From a virus, in IMG/VR virus record IMGVR_UViG_3300043444_000257, positions 20,509 through 84,508 of that record: a stretch of DNA of 64,000 nucleotides. One strand, given 5' to 3'. Both the position numbers and the translations under genes were made by a program. This document shows, one piece after another, positions 39,201 through 48,168 of this stretch; within the stretch, counting starts at the first letter, position 1; each line of letters begins with the position of its first letter. A model generated the notes under the pieces. The model saw nothing but the letters and a program-made list of their open reading frames with translations, was not told the origin of the DNA and ran no database searches.

Positions 39201-42200
39201 TGAGATTCCGCAGTGGAGAACAGGCACAGCTGGTTCAGCAGGATCTATCACATTTGTTGGCCAAGCAATGGATTACATTATATCTATTGTAACCAACGGC
39301 ACTACAGGAGCTCCGACAGCGACTATCACAACTATCGCTAGCGGAACTACAATTACTACAGCAATAGCACACGGTCTACAAGTAGGAGATACATTTACTC
39401 CAAGAACTTCAGCTAACGGTTTAGTTAAGGGAGTTACTTATTTTGTTAAGACTGTGCCAACAACTACACAGATAACACTAGCACCAAGTTTTGATGGAAC
39501 AGCTATCACATCTTTAACTAACGGAACTGGCTTATCTATCGTTTGTGATATTGTTAACTGGCCTGCAACTTCTTGGGCAACTGGTTCTCAAGTAACAGCA
39601 TTTACGATCCTAAGTGCTGCACAAGAATCTATCATTCAAAATGTTATCGACGACTTGAATGCAGTAGCATGGCACACTGATTTCGTAGTTGATTCGACAT
39701 CATTAACAACTACTCAATTCCGTGTTTATGTAGGTAAGACAGATCTAGTGCATACATATGTCAGCGGCGGAACTGTAACTAAATCAGACGGCACAGAATT
39801 AGCCATCACAGGATTTACCTACAATGAATCAACAGGTTATGCTGTAGTAACTACAGCAACACACGGGCTAGCAGCAGGTGACATCGTTGATATCGAAGGC
39901 GTTATAGTAACCTGCACATCATCAGGCGCAAGTCCAAACACATTGACAGCAACATTCCCAAGCGGCACAGGAACAAGAAATGGAGTAACTAAAGTTAGTT
40001 ACATCCAGAATAAGTGTATCCGTGACATTAGAATCATCCTAAACGCAGTTGGCTACGATGTGATGTTTAACGGTAACTACCAATCACTAAGAGCAGCTTA
40101 TTCATATCTAAGATCTACTGCTACAGAAGTGTTCAGTTTAGGTCAGAAAGCTGTAACCAGAGATGCATTAACTAACGTCAAGACAGAAGCTAAGGCTAAT
40201 GTTGGGGGCGATTCAACAGCTCAGTCACGCATTGAAACATTAATGACCCTAATCGATGACATTATTTTCAGCGGATCTATGGAAGGTAGCAACCAGACTA
40301 CTGGTTCGAGAAACTTACATTATGCTGCTCGTCAATTAGAACTTAACAAGAGCTTCATGGTTGCAGAGATTTCTGCTTATATCACTGCTACATTTACAGG
40401 CACAGCAACAGCCACAGCTGGAGCAACAGAATATATTACCTGTGGTAGCACCAGCTGGTTAAAAAGAAATGCAGCTATTAGATTCACAGGAACTACATTT
40501 GGTGGAATTGAAACAGGAACAACGTATTATGTAAGAGAAATTGTAAGCTCAACAGTGTTCACAGTATCTCTAACACCATATGGCAGTGCTGTAAATCTAA
40601 GCACAGCAACAGGAACGATGGGCTTTGCACTGTATTACAATTCAGCTCTATGTTTAAGAGACGTAGAAGCATATACAGATGCTCTAAAATATGACCTAGT
40701 ATATCCAGGTAACTATAAGTCAGCTATGGCTGCTAGATATTACGCTAACTCCGTAAAAGGCAGCTTAGAAGAAGACATGTATTATCTAAGAAATACCACA
40801 GGTATTAGAAATCAAACCTTAGAAGGATTAACTGGTGATCTAACATCGAATAACGATTACGGAACACGCAGAGTTACAGCAGGTGCATACTGCTCGCTTG
40901 ATCCGGGCTGGGGCCCAGACGACGAGAGCACATGGATTAGAACACGTTCTCCATATGTTCAAAACGTAGCAACATTTGGTTATGCTGCTATCGGTCAGAA
41001 GATCGACGGAAGTCTACACAACGGTGGTAATTGTTCTATCGTTTCCAACGACTTTACACAGTTGATCAGTGACGGTATTGGTGCATGGGTAACTAACAAT
41101 GGTAGAGCAGAACTTGTTTCTGTGTTCACATACTACTCACACATCGGCTACCTAGCTGAGAACGGTGGTAAGATCCGCGGCACTAACGGTAACAACTCAT
41201 ACGGTGATTTTGGTTCTGTAGCAGAAGGTTTTGACGCTACTGAAACTCCAAACACAGGTATTGTTGATAACAAGTATCAGTTCGTTGCAACTGTAGGGTC
41301 TGCATTCCCAGACGGTGCTAGTGTTTTACAATTAGAATTTGATAACGCAGGTTCAGAATATACCACCGCTACAATGAATGTAACAGGAGCTGGAACTAGT
41401 GCATCAGTTGAAGCAGACGAATTCCGCGATGACGCTGTATTCCAAGTTAGACTATTAGACCTAGGTAACGATTCTTCAGGACAGTTTGGCGGAGAAGGTT
41501 ATATAACCAACAGCAACACTGCTCAGGGTGGAACTACAACAAGTATCACTATCGCTGCTACTGATCAAGAGATTAACTCTGCCTATATTGGCATGAAAGT
41601 TTATCTAACAGGCGGAACTGGTGCAGGACAATACGGTATCATTACTGCTTATAACGCAGGAACTAAACTAGCCAGCGTTCAGAAAGAGTCAACAGGCGCC
41701 AGCGGATGGGATCATTTAGTTCCAGGAACTACAATTTCTGCCCCCGACGCTTCAACAACTTACACAATCGAACCTAGAATTACGTTCTCAGCACCTAGCT
41801 ATGCATCAACAGCTAGCACATTGAATGATTCTGCAACATGGGATGATGTAAATTATTCTAATATCAGCAAAGGTTATGACAATGTCACAGGAACAACTGA
41901 TGGTTCTGGAACAGGAGCTACATTCTTAGTTCTTAAGAAAGGCACAAAATATAATGTGATATCTAAAGTAGCAGGCACAGGCTATGCTAGATTAGATACT
42001 ATCACTATCGACGGAACTAGCGTCGGCGGTGCATCAACAACTAACGACATAACATTAACGATCACCGCGGTTAACTCAACAACAGGTGCTATCCAAGCAT
42101 TTGACACAGAAGGTTACGGACAAGGCGGCCATTATGTGGCTATTGCTTCAGGTGCTACTACAACCAACATTTCACCAAACGGAACTAGCTGGATTGCTGG

Positions 42201-44151
42201 TGGCGCACTACCAAGTTCAACAACATGGACCAGTGTAGCAGGCGGCGATTTAACTGCAACTGAAACAGGTTCATCATTTGTAGTTGGTAGAGCATACACA
42301 ATCGCTACTTTAGGTAATACAAACTGGCTTGCAGTAGGTGCTCCTAGTGTAACAGTTGGTGCATCGTTTATCGCTACTAGCTCAGGTGGAACAGGAACCG
42401 CAACACCAACAGCATCTGCTGTGGTAGCTATCGCTGCTACAGGTGCTACTGCATATTCATATGACGGTGGATCGACATGGACTGCCGGTGCAAACTTACC
42501 AACCAGCACAGGTTCATGGATTTCTGTAAAATATGCCAAAGGTATATGGGTCGCAGTAACATTTGGCGATAACAAAACAGCTTATTCTACTAACAACGGC
42601 GTGTCATGGTCAGCTGGCGGAACATTACCAAGCTCAGCTAACTGGATTGACATTACCTATGGTAAGGGCCGTTGGGTAGTTGTTGCTCAAGGCGGCACTG
42701 ATGCAGCCTACACATTAGACAATGGTTCCGTTTGGATAGCAGCTACAATGCCATCAAGCAGTAACTGGAGTTCAGTTGCTTATGGTAACAACAGATTCGT
42801 TGCTGTATCTAGCACTAGCGGAACTGTAGCAGCCTACAGCTTAACTGGTGTTACATGGGTAGCATCAACATTGCCAGCAACAGCTAGCTGGACTGATATC
42901 ACTTACGGTCAGGGTGTATTCCTAGCAGTAAGTCAAAGCACACAGGCAGCATCATCTGAAGATGGTATCGTATGGACTTCTAGAACAAGTTCAACAGCAG
43001 CCAACGGATTTAGCGGTGTAACATTTGGTAATCCAAATAGATACGGTTTATTCGTAGCTGTTCAAAGATCTACAGCAGGCACAGTGGCTTCATACTTTAG
43101 AACCGGTGCTACTGCAAGAGGTCGTGCATTTGTAAGCCAAGAGAAGATCTTTGCAGTCCGCTTACACGAACCTGGATCAGGATACGCCAGCGCACCAACA
43201 ATGACTATCACAGATCCTAACAACATCTATGAAATGCCATTTACAGTGAGAATCGGCAAAGGTGCTATAGCTAACCCAAGCTTCGTTAACAGAGGCATTG
43301 GTTATGTGACTGCTAACGGTGAAGTTTCATCGGGTGATGGTTATGGCGATTTCTACCAAAGCGGTTCATATGTAGCTGTAAGAAGATTAACACAGCGTCC
43401 AGTGGCTGGTTCTAACGTTGTATTAAGCAACTTACCAGGAAGAACATTTAAACTAGTTAACGTTGTATCGTTTAGAGGATCATATGATGGTTCTTATACA
43501 GCGTTCTTCCAGATCAGTCCACAAATAGCAGTCAGCGAGTCCCCAGAACATGGAGATTCAGTAACTACTAGAATCCGTTATTCACAGGTTCGACTAACTG
43601 GACACGACTTCTTGAGCATTGGATCAGGAAACTTTACGGATACCAACTATCCAAATGATTTCACACAAGATCCTGCTCAAGCTAATGAAACTGTAGAAAA
43701 TAACGGCGGACGAGTATTCTTTACATCAACCGACCAAGACGGTAACTTCCGAGTTGGCGACTTGTTTACGATTGAACAGTCCACTGGTATCGCGACATTG
43801 AACGCTGATGCGTTTAACATCGCAGGTCTACAAGAACTTACTCTGGGCGAAGTAACGCTAGGTGGAGCTTCTGCAAGTATTACAGAATTCTCTACAGATC
43901 CGTTCTTTACCGCAGATTCAGATTCTGTTGTTCCTACACAACGAGCAATTAAAGCCTACATTTCCGCACAAATTGGTGGCGGTGGTGCGTCATTGAACGT
44001 AAATAGTGTAACAGCTGGTTTTATCTATATTAGTAATAATCAGATCACTACTACAACAAACACACCTATCCAGATGAAGGCAAGATTTGATTTCCGTGGT
44101 GGCGTAACAGGATATCCAGTAGCTTGGAACTACTTTTTAAATAACAGATAA
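36259..44151 (+). CDS. Very large (2630 aa) virion structural protein, paralog of 30751 with extra inserted domains
   Basis: Same N-terminal repeats, SNDFTQLISDGIG and C-terminal GGRVFFTSTDQDGNFRVG...EFSTDP. Additional C.RD...I.DA..YDL helical repeats. Late motif at 36233-36238. Confidence 0.75.
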   Translation: MAEFKLGRIRFVWKGNWTTGTEYYKDDVVRQGGKTFICTVGHTAAADFYTDLNFVPTKWNQMTDGQEWRGNWTTSTSYKVGDLVKYGGTVYVCNTSHTSASTSALGLENSIANWDTFAEGFDWKSDWAINTRYKPNDVVSYGGITYICVTGHTSAATTTLGLEDASANWQEWNTGLEYKGAWSGSSVRYKVNDIVKYGGGTWICVTAHTSQAAFTTDEAKWNQFNEGIEFEGDWSSATAYQIGDIVRYGGNQYVAKTNNTNENPRTATTEWDLFAEGFKYRGAHALTTNYLIGDVVRNAGHVYLASTDSTALQFTCTSVLGASDRFVMSTPTADVQVGQAVRFSGTTFGGIIAGATYYVKTVVSPTDITISTTPGGTTFNIPGNASGSMTVDIGWIPSQAAASSVWTRLNSGLNWSGEWLDDTEYDIGDVVRYGSNAYVCVSRHRSEGDDGSTVGTEGGGQSNSRPDRDSTGTYWNILSIGTETSLLTTRGDLVYFGGAGPTRLPVGVEGQVLRVSEDDIPEWFTIGKVDHVYYVANHGTDHPAPIHGLTVDKPWASIRYACEQVLAGPRNLSAARLLELNRAFIQRETVEWIDYQVTNNISPFSTSFTYKDDRCERDIGYIIDAVIWDIRHGGNKKTRESALSYVNDAPAVYTLGQEAETVAAINYALSVMDNVLDQTAPAANYQTLNGDNSTAIVAQWTDAAIAAEDGVKTTVAGLVEIVTDAITAGVDTDIPAEYLPSTIIHIKTGRYLEELPIIVPEGCCLLGDEVRSVNAGPSAGTTNIADAYYSLQSLSRMESIVGDIVVGSTVTKTAGNTASQSQLFPYADTDQQSTVKQLVRMIRHNIDWRLGTMNLVSYTDPTNYNSSYLVGYGDARTQLLLNKEYFKVEVTAYIDANYPDVYYSRTKCQQDVGYIIDSLVYDLTYGGYQQSINAGLAYFNGSGGAMAIDSEELTATIAAMNHLKAMVQDAIALTPTGGDQSEIPQWRTGTAGSAGSITFVGQAMDYIISIVTNGTTGAPTATITTIASGTTITTAIAHGLQVGDTFTPRTSANGLVKGVTYFVKTVPTTTQITLAPSFDGTAITSLTNGTGLSIVCDIVNWPATSWATGSQVTAFTILSAAQESIIQNVIDDLNAVAWHTDFVVDSTSLTTTQFRVYVGKTDLVHTYVSGGTVTKSDGTELAITGFTYNESTGYAVVTTATHGLAAGDIVDIEGVIVTCTSSGASPNTLTATFPSGTGTRNGVTKVSYIQNKCIRDIRIILNAVGYDVMFNGNYQSLRAAYSYLRSTATEVFSLGQKAVTRDALTNVKTEAKANVGGDSTAQSRIETLMTLIDDIIFSGSMEGSNQTTGSRNLHYAARQLELNKSFMVAEISAYITATFTGTATATAGATEYITCGSTSWLKRNAAIRFTGTTFGGIETGTTYYVREIVSSTVFTVSLTPYGSAVNLSTATGTMGFALYYNSALCLRDVEAYTDALKYDLVYPGNYKSAMAARYYANSVKGSLEEDMYYLRNTTGIRNQTLEGLTGDLTSNNDYGTRRVTAGAYCSLDPGWGPDDESTWIRTRSPYVQNVATFGYAAIGQKIDGSLHNGGNCSIVSNDFTQLISDGIGAWVTNNGRAELVSVFTYYSHIGYLAENGGKIRGTNGNNSYGDFGSVAEGFDATETPNTGIVDNKYQFVATVGSAFPDGASVLQLEFDNAGSEYTTATMNVTGAGTSASVEADEFRDDAVFQVRLLDLGNDSSGQFGGEGYITNSNTAQGGTTTSITIAATDQEINSAYIGMKVYLTGGTGAGQYGIITAYNAGTKLASVQKESTGASGWDHLVPGTTISAPDASTTYTIEPRITFSAPSYASTASTLNDSATWDDVNYSNISKGYDNVTGTTDGSGTGATFLVLKKGTKYNVISKVAGTGYARLDTITIDGTSVGGASTTNDITLTITAVNSTTGAIQAFDTEGYGQGGHYVAIASGATTTNISPNGTSWIAGGALPSSTTWTSVAGGDLTATETGSSFVVGRAYTIATLGNTNWLAVGAPSVTVGASFIATSSGGTGTATPTASAVVAIAATGATAYSYDGGSTWTAGANLPTSTGSWISVKYAKGIWVAVTFGDNKTAYSTNNGVSWSAGGTLPSSANWIDITYGKGRWVVVAQGGTDAAYTLDNGSVWIAATMPSSSNWSSVAYGNNRFVAVSSTSGTVAAYSLTGVTWVASTLPATASWTDITYGQGVFLAVSQSTQAASSEDGIVWTSRTSSTAANGFSGVTFGNPNRYGLFVAVQRSTAGTVASYFRTGATARGRAFVSQEKIFAVRLHEPGSGYASAPTMTITDPNNIYEMPFTVRIGKGAIANPSFVNRGIGYVTANGEVSSGDGYGDFYQSGSYVAVRRLTQRPVAGSNVVLSNLPGRTFKLVNVVSFRGSYDGSYTAFFQISPQIAVSESPEHGDSVTTRIRYSQVRLTGHDFLSIGSGNFTDTNYPNDFTQDPAQANETVENNGGRVFFTSTDQDGNFRVGDLFTIEQSTGIATLNADAFNIAGLQELTLGEVTLGGASASITEFSTDPFFTADSDSVVPTQRAIKAYISAQIGGGGASLNVNSVTAGFIYISNNQITTTTNTPIQMKARFDFRGGVTGYPVAWNYFLNNR

Positions 44152-44164
44152 TGGAGATTAACAA

Positions 44165-44485
44165 ATGGCAACAGGAAGATTAGGAACAGCAGACCTATCA
44201 GCAGCAACAAATACTACGGTCTACACAGTGCCGGCAGACACGTTTGCTGTGGTTTCTGTGAACTTATGTAACAGAGGCGCAACAGCAGCACAGGTTCGCA
44301 TCGCAGTGGCAACTTCTGCAACACCGGGTAATGCTGAGTTCATCGAATATGATGCTCAGATCACAGCCAACGGTGTTCTAGAAAGAACAGGTCTAGTATT
44401 AGATGCTGGTAAATTGATTGTGGTGCGTTCGAGCGCAATTAACGTTTCTGCTGTGGTGTATGGTATCGAAACATCAACAGCTTAA
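44165..44485 (+). CDS. Small virion protein (paralog of 25692 and 30033)
   Basis: VYTVPA...VNLCNR...VRIAV...LERTGLVL.AG..IVV...VYGIE. Confidence 0.65.
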   Translation: MATGRLGTADLSAATNTTVYTVPADTFAVVSVNLCNRGATAAQVRIAVATSATPGNAEFIEYDAQITANGVLERTGLVLDAGKLIVVRSSAINVSAVVYGIETSTA

Positions 44486-44500
44486 TAGGAGCGTAAAAAC

Positions 44501-44956
44501 ATGGGAAGAATAGTATCATTAGGTATCCAGGCAACAATGTCTGCCAATATCATGGGGACAACTGCCGAACGCCCAACAGCGGTAAACCCAGGGGTTACCT
44601 TTTATAATCAATCGACAGGACAGTTGGAAATTTACAACGGCAGTGCTTGGGTAACAGTGGGTGATTTTCAACGAGTTGATATCACTTCGAGTCAAACTGT
44701 AGTGTCTAATAGATCATATTGGGTTAACACTACCAGCGCGGCAGTTACACTAACTCTTCCTGCTAGTCCATCCGCTGGAGATTTTATCAAAGTCACGGAC
44801 GTTGGTGGGACATTCGGAACAAATAACTGCACGATTAACCCCAACGGTGGAAGAATTATGCGTCAAGCAGACTCGATGACAATCAGCACCAATGGTGCTA
44901 GTGTTAGAATGGTCTATTATGATGCAACAAGAGGTTGGTTACTAGAAGCTATCTAA
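44501..44956 (+). CDS. Fibre connector protein
   Basis: GTTAERP...YNQSTGQLEIYNGSAW module plus a VNTTSAAVTLTLPASPSAGD..DVGGTF..NNCTI..NG..I domain of T4-like fibres. Confidence 0.65.
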   Translation: MGRIVSLGIQATMSANIMGTTAERPTAVNPGVTFYNQSTGQLEIYNGSAWVTVGDFQRVDITSSQTVVSNRSYWVNTTSAAVTLTLPASPSAGDFIKVTDVGGTFGTNNCTINPNGGRIMRQADSMTISTNGASVRMVYYDATRGWLLEAI

Positions 44957-44966
44957 GGAATAAAGA

Positions 44967-45818
44967 ATGCCGTTCAATTATCAGTCATTAAAAAACTTAA
45001 CAGATCAAGCTATCGTTGACGGCTCTATCGATTCAGTTGATATAGCAGATGGTGCTGTCACAGGCACAAAAATACAACTCGGAAACGTAACATCTGGTAA
45101 ACTAGCATCCGGAGCCGTAGATTTAGGATCTTCGACTACCACAGGAACTATGCCTATTAATAAAGGAGGAACTAATGTTACTTCGTTAGGTGGAGCATAT
45201 CGAGCACTTTACAGCGACGGATCAAATTTACAGTTTAATCCTCACGGTATACAAGGCATGCAGGTATTTACAGGTTCAGGAACCTGGAATAGACCTAGCG
45301 GTGTTAGATACATCCGTGTGCAAGTTCAAGGAGCGGGTGGTGGTGGTAGTGGTCACGGTGAGGGCGGCGGAGCAGGTGGTTATTCAGAGAGATATCTAGA
45401 TGTTACAGGTATTTCGTCTGTGTCAGTATATGTTGGTGGCGGAGGTGGTGGCACATATTATGCCAACGCTGGCGGCAACGGAGACTATGCAGGCTTTGGC
45501 CCATATTGTTCAGCGGGCGGCGGCCATGGAGCCAATAGACAAAATCAACATAGCGGTGGAGTCAGTGGTGTAGGATCGGGCGGAAACCTAAATCTACACC
45601 AAGGTGGCGGATTTAGTCACCATGCGTATAGTGCTCAATCTAACGCTGATACCTTCTGGGGTGGTGGTGCACCGAGCAGCCATCCACAAGGTGGACACTT
45701 TGCACACAATCACCAAACGCACTGTTCTCCGGGCACAGGCGGCGCAGGAGCGCACTTTCATGGACACAGAGGTTCAGATGGAAGACCTGGTTTAGTTGTT
45801 GTTACTAGTTTTTATTAA
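44967..45818 (+). CDS. Gly/His-rich tail fibre-tip protein, paralog 1
   Basis: MPFNYQ.LKN start, DGAVT..K repeats, VFTGSGTW.RPSGV..I.V..QGAGGGG glycine-rich domain, HPQGGHFAHNHQ. Confidence 0.7.
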   Translation: MPFNYQSLKNLTDQAIVDGSIDSVDIADGAVTGTKIQLGNVTSGKLASGAVDLGSSTTTGTMPINKGGTNVTSLGGAYRALYSDGSNLQFNPHGIQGMQVFTGSGTWNRPSGVRYIRVQVQGAGGGGSGHGEGGGAGGYSERYLDVTGISSVSVYVGGGGGGTYYANAGGNGDYAGFGPYCSAGGGHGANRQNQHSGGVSGVGSGGNLNLHQGGGFSHHAYSAQSNADTFWGGGAPSSHPQGGHFAHNHQTHCSPGTGGAGAHFHGHRGSDGRPGLVVVTSFY

Positions 45819-45829
45819 GAGAGAAATCG

Positions 45830-46687
45830 ATGCCATTTAATTACCAATCATTAAAAAACATAAGTCAAGCGGCATTGGTCAATGATGCTATCATTGGTGC
45901 AGACCTAACAACCAATGCTGTTACTAACGCTAAACTTTCAAATTCGACCATTTCTTCTAGTGAATTAGGCACAGGAGCAGTTGATGTAACACAGGCATCT
46001 GTTAGCGGAACATTGCCAGTCGGAAAAGGCGGAACTGGTTTAACTGGTTTCAGCGGAGCATATAGAGTTTTAGCAGCCAATTCTGGAAATAATGCTTTAG
46101 AATTTGCTCCTACTGGAATTTATAGGATGGTCGTGTTTACCGGTAACGGAACATGGAATAGACCTAGCGGTGTTCGATACATCAAGGTTCAGGTCCAAGG
46201 TGGCGGCGGTGGCGGTGGCGGCCATGGAGAATCTGGTGCAGCCGGCGGTTATGCAGAACGTGTATTAGATGTCACGGGCATTTCATCGGTAGGAATTACT
46301 ATCGGGGGTGGCGGCGGTGGCACATATTATAATAATGCCGGCGGCAACGGTGCATCAAGTTCTTTTGGACCGTATGTATCAGCAGGTGGTGGTCATGGCT
46401 GCAACAGGCATAATAATCACAACGGTGGACTTGCCGGTGCTGGCTCCGGTGGCGACTTAAATTTATATGGTGGCTGCGGTGGTGGTCACGAACAGCGATC
46501 TTCAGGTATGGGAGGATCTACTTATTTCGGCGGAGCTGCACCTAGCGGGCATCCGCAAGGCGGGCATTTCGCACACAATCACCAAGGACACAGTGCTCCG
46601 GGCACAGGTGGAACATCGGGATATTTCAGCGGACACAGAGGTTCTGACGGAAGGCCTGGCATTATTGTGATAACAGAATATTATTAA
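45830..46687 (+). CDS. Gly/His-rich tail fibre-tip protein, paralog 2
   Basis: Colinear with 44967 and 46700; same motifs. Confidence 0.7.
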   Translation: MPFNYQSLKNISQAALVNDAIIGADLTTNAVTNAKLSNSTISSSELGTGAVDVTQASVSGTLPVGKGGTGLTGFSGAYRVLAANSGNNALEFAPTGIYRMVVFTGNGTWNRPSGVRYIKVQVQGGGGGGGGHGESGAAGGYAERVLDVTGISSVGITIGGGGGGTYYNNAGGNGASSSFGPYVSAGGGHGCNRHNNHNGGLAGAGSGGDLNLYGGCGGGHEQRSSGMGGSTYFGGAAPSGHPQGGHFAHNHQGHSAPGTGGTSGYFSGHRGSDGRPGIIVITEYY

Positions 46688-46699
46688 TAGAGTGAGAAT

Positions 46700-47554
46700 A
46701 TGCCATTTAATTATCAAACACTTAAAAATTTAACCGGTGCTGCGATTATCGATCTGCAGATCGGTTCTAGTCAAATTACAGACAGGTCTATTCCTGACGC
46801 TGATATCACAGCCGGAGCAGTTACATCTGGAAAGATGGCATCCTCTGCTGTAAGTTTGAGTTCATCAACAGTAACTGGAACTTTACCAGTTACCAAAGGC
46901 GGAACCGGTATAACCAGCATTGGTGGAAACAATACCGTGCTTAGAACCAACAGTTCTAATAACGGGTTAGAATATGCTGTAGCAGGATTTTCTGGCATGC
47001 AGGTATTTACAGGTTCAGGAACCTGGAATAGACCAAGTGGAGTTCGATATATTCGTGTAAAAGTCCAAGCTGCAGGTGGCGGTGGATCCGGACACGGAGA
47101 ATCAGGCGCAGCTGGCGGATATTCGGAACGTGTATTAGATGTGTCGGGAATCAGCTCAGTTAGTGTAACTGTTGGCGGCGGCGGCGGCGGAACATATTAC
47201 TCTGGTGCCGGTGGCAACGGAAACGGTAGTTCATTTGGACCATATGCTAGTGCTCAAGGCGGTCACGGAGCCAATAGACAAAATCAACACAGCGGTGGAG
47301 TCAGTGGAGGTGCTGGCGGTGGAGATTTAAATATTCACACAGGGTCGGGCGGATCTCACCACCATAGTTTTGGACCTGGCGGGACTAGCCATTTTGGAGG
47401 TCCTGCACCTAGCGGACACCCACAAGGCGGCCACTTTGCACACAATCATCAAAATCATAGCGCACCCGGAACGGGTGGCACAGGTGGATACTTCCATGGA
47501 CACAGAGGCTCAGACGGCCGTCCGGGAATCGTAGTAGTTGAAGAATATAAATAA
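46700..47554 (+). CDS. Gly/His-rich tail fibre-tip protein, paralog 3
   Basis: Colinear with the two preceding genes. Shares a 41-nt identical DNA stretch with paralog 1. Confidence 0.7.
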   Translation: MPFNYQTLKNLTGAAIIDLQIGSSQITDRSIPDADITAGAVTSGKMASSAVSLSSSTVTGTLPVTKGGTGITSIGGNNTVLRTNSSNNGLEYAVAGFSGMQVFTGSGTWNRPSGVRYIRVKVQAAGGGGSGHGESGAAGGYSERVLDVSGISSVSVTVGGGGGGTYYSGAGGNGNGSSFGPYASAQGGHGANRQNQHSGGVSGGAGGGDLNIHTGSGGSHHHSFGPGGTSHFGGPAPSGHPQGGHFAHNHQNHSAPGTGGTGGYFHGHRGSDGRPGIVVVEEYK

Positions 47555-47572
47555 TCTGGGAGATTAATAGTT

Positions 47573-48070
47573 ATGAAAAAAGCATTAGTAGGATATCAAG
47601 GCTGGGTTTCTCAGGTCGTAGAACCAGGCGAAGATCACGAAATTTATGAAGGTCCAGGAGCAACCATGATGTGGGTCGATGCTCCTGATGATATCACTAT
47701 GGACTGGACATTAGAATGGAGTCCTGGCCAACAGAAGATGATATGGGTCGAGCGAGATGGCCCGTTTACTAGCAATGATGTAGCTCGGAAAGTGGCTTAC
47801 GGAGAAGTAGGCGCACAGTTAGGGATGATATTTGATGCTATCAAAGATAACGGAGTGTTAGATACCAATAGCGAATGGTTTCAGCATCAGGTTATGGTTA
47901 AATCAATGATTCCAAAGCCAACTGGGGATAAGTTCTTAATGACTAATGAAGAATATATCGAAGCTATGGCAAATACTGAGCCTAGCGCAGATCGTCAACC
48001 AGTTCCATCTACAGCAGAACTTCCTTCTTGGGTGAGATATCCAGGGTGGAAAGGGTATCAAGGTCGATAA
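47573..48070 (+). CDS. Possible tail fibre assembly/chaperone protein
   Basis: Last gene of the fibre operon. ARKVAYGEVGAQLGMIF...W......VKSMIPKP resembles the R..AYP.I.EQLD...W...VK..YPKP pattern of fibre-associated proteins. Confidence 0.45.
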   Translation: MKKALVGYQGWVSQVVEPGEDHEIYEGPGATMMWVDAPDDITMDWTLEWSPGQQKMIWVERDGPFTSNDVARKVAYGEVGAQLGMIFDAIKDNGVLDTNSEWFQHQVMVKSMIPKPTGDKFLMTNEEYIEAMANTEPSADRQPVPSTAELPSWVRYPGWKGYQGR

Positions 48071-48086
48071 GTTGTTCTAACACAAG

Positions 48087-48113
48087 AAAAGGCATCTTTG
48101 GATGCCTTTTTTT
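48087..48113 (+). terminator. Rho-independent terminator ending the fibre operon
   Basis: AAAAGGCATC-TTTG-GATGCCTTTTTTT. Confidence 0.85.
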
Positions 48114-48134
48114 ATTTCGACCATAAAATACGTA

Positions 48135-48142
48135 TATAAATA
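48135..48142 (+). promoter_or_regulatory. T4-type late promoter TATAAATA for the halogenase/oxygenase operon
   Basis: Perfect consensus just after the terminator and 26 nt upstream of ATG 48169. Confidence 0.7.
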
Positions 48143-48168
48143 CTTCACCATCGGTATAAGGATTAATC

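Noticed and set aside
44967-47554. Diversity-generating retroelement or invertase shufflon acting on the three paralogs
   Set aside because: No reverse transcriptase or recombinase in the window. Differences are not adenine-specific and all copies are intact and co-oriented.
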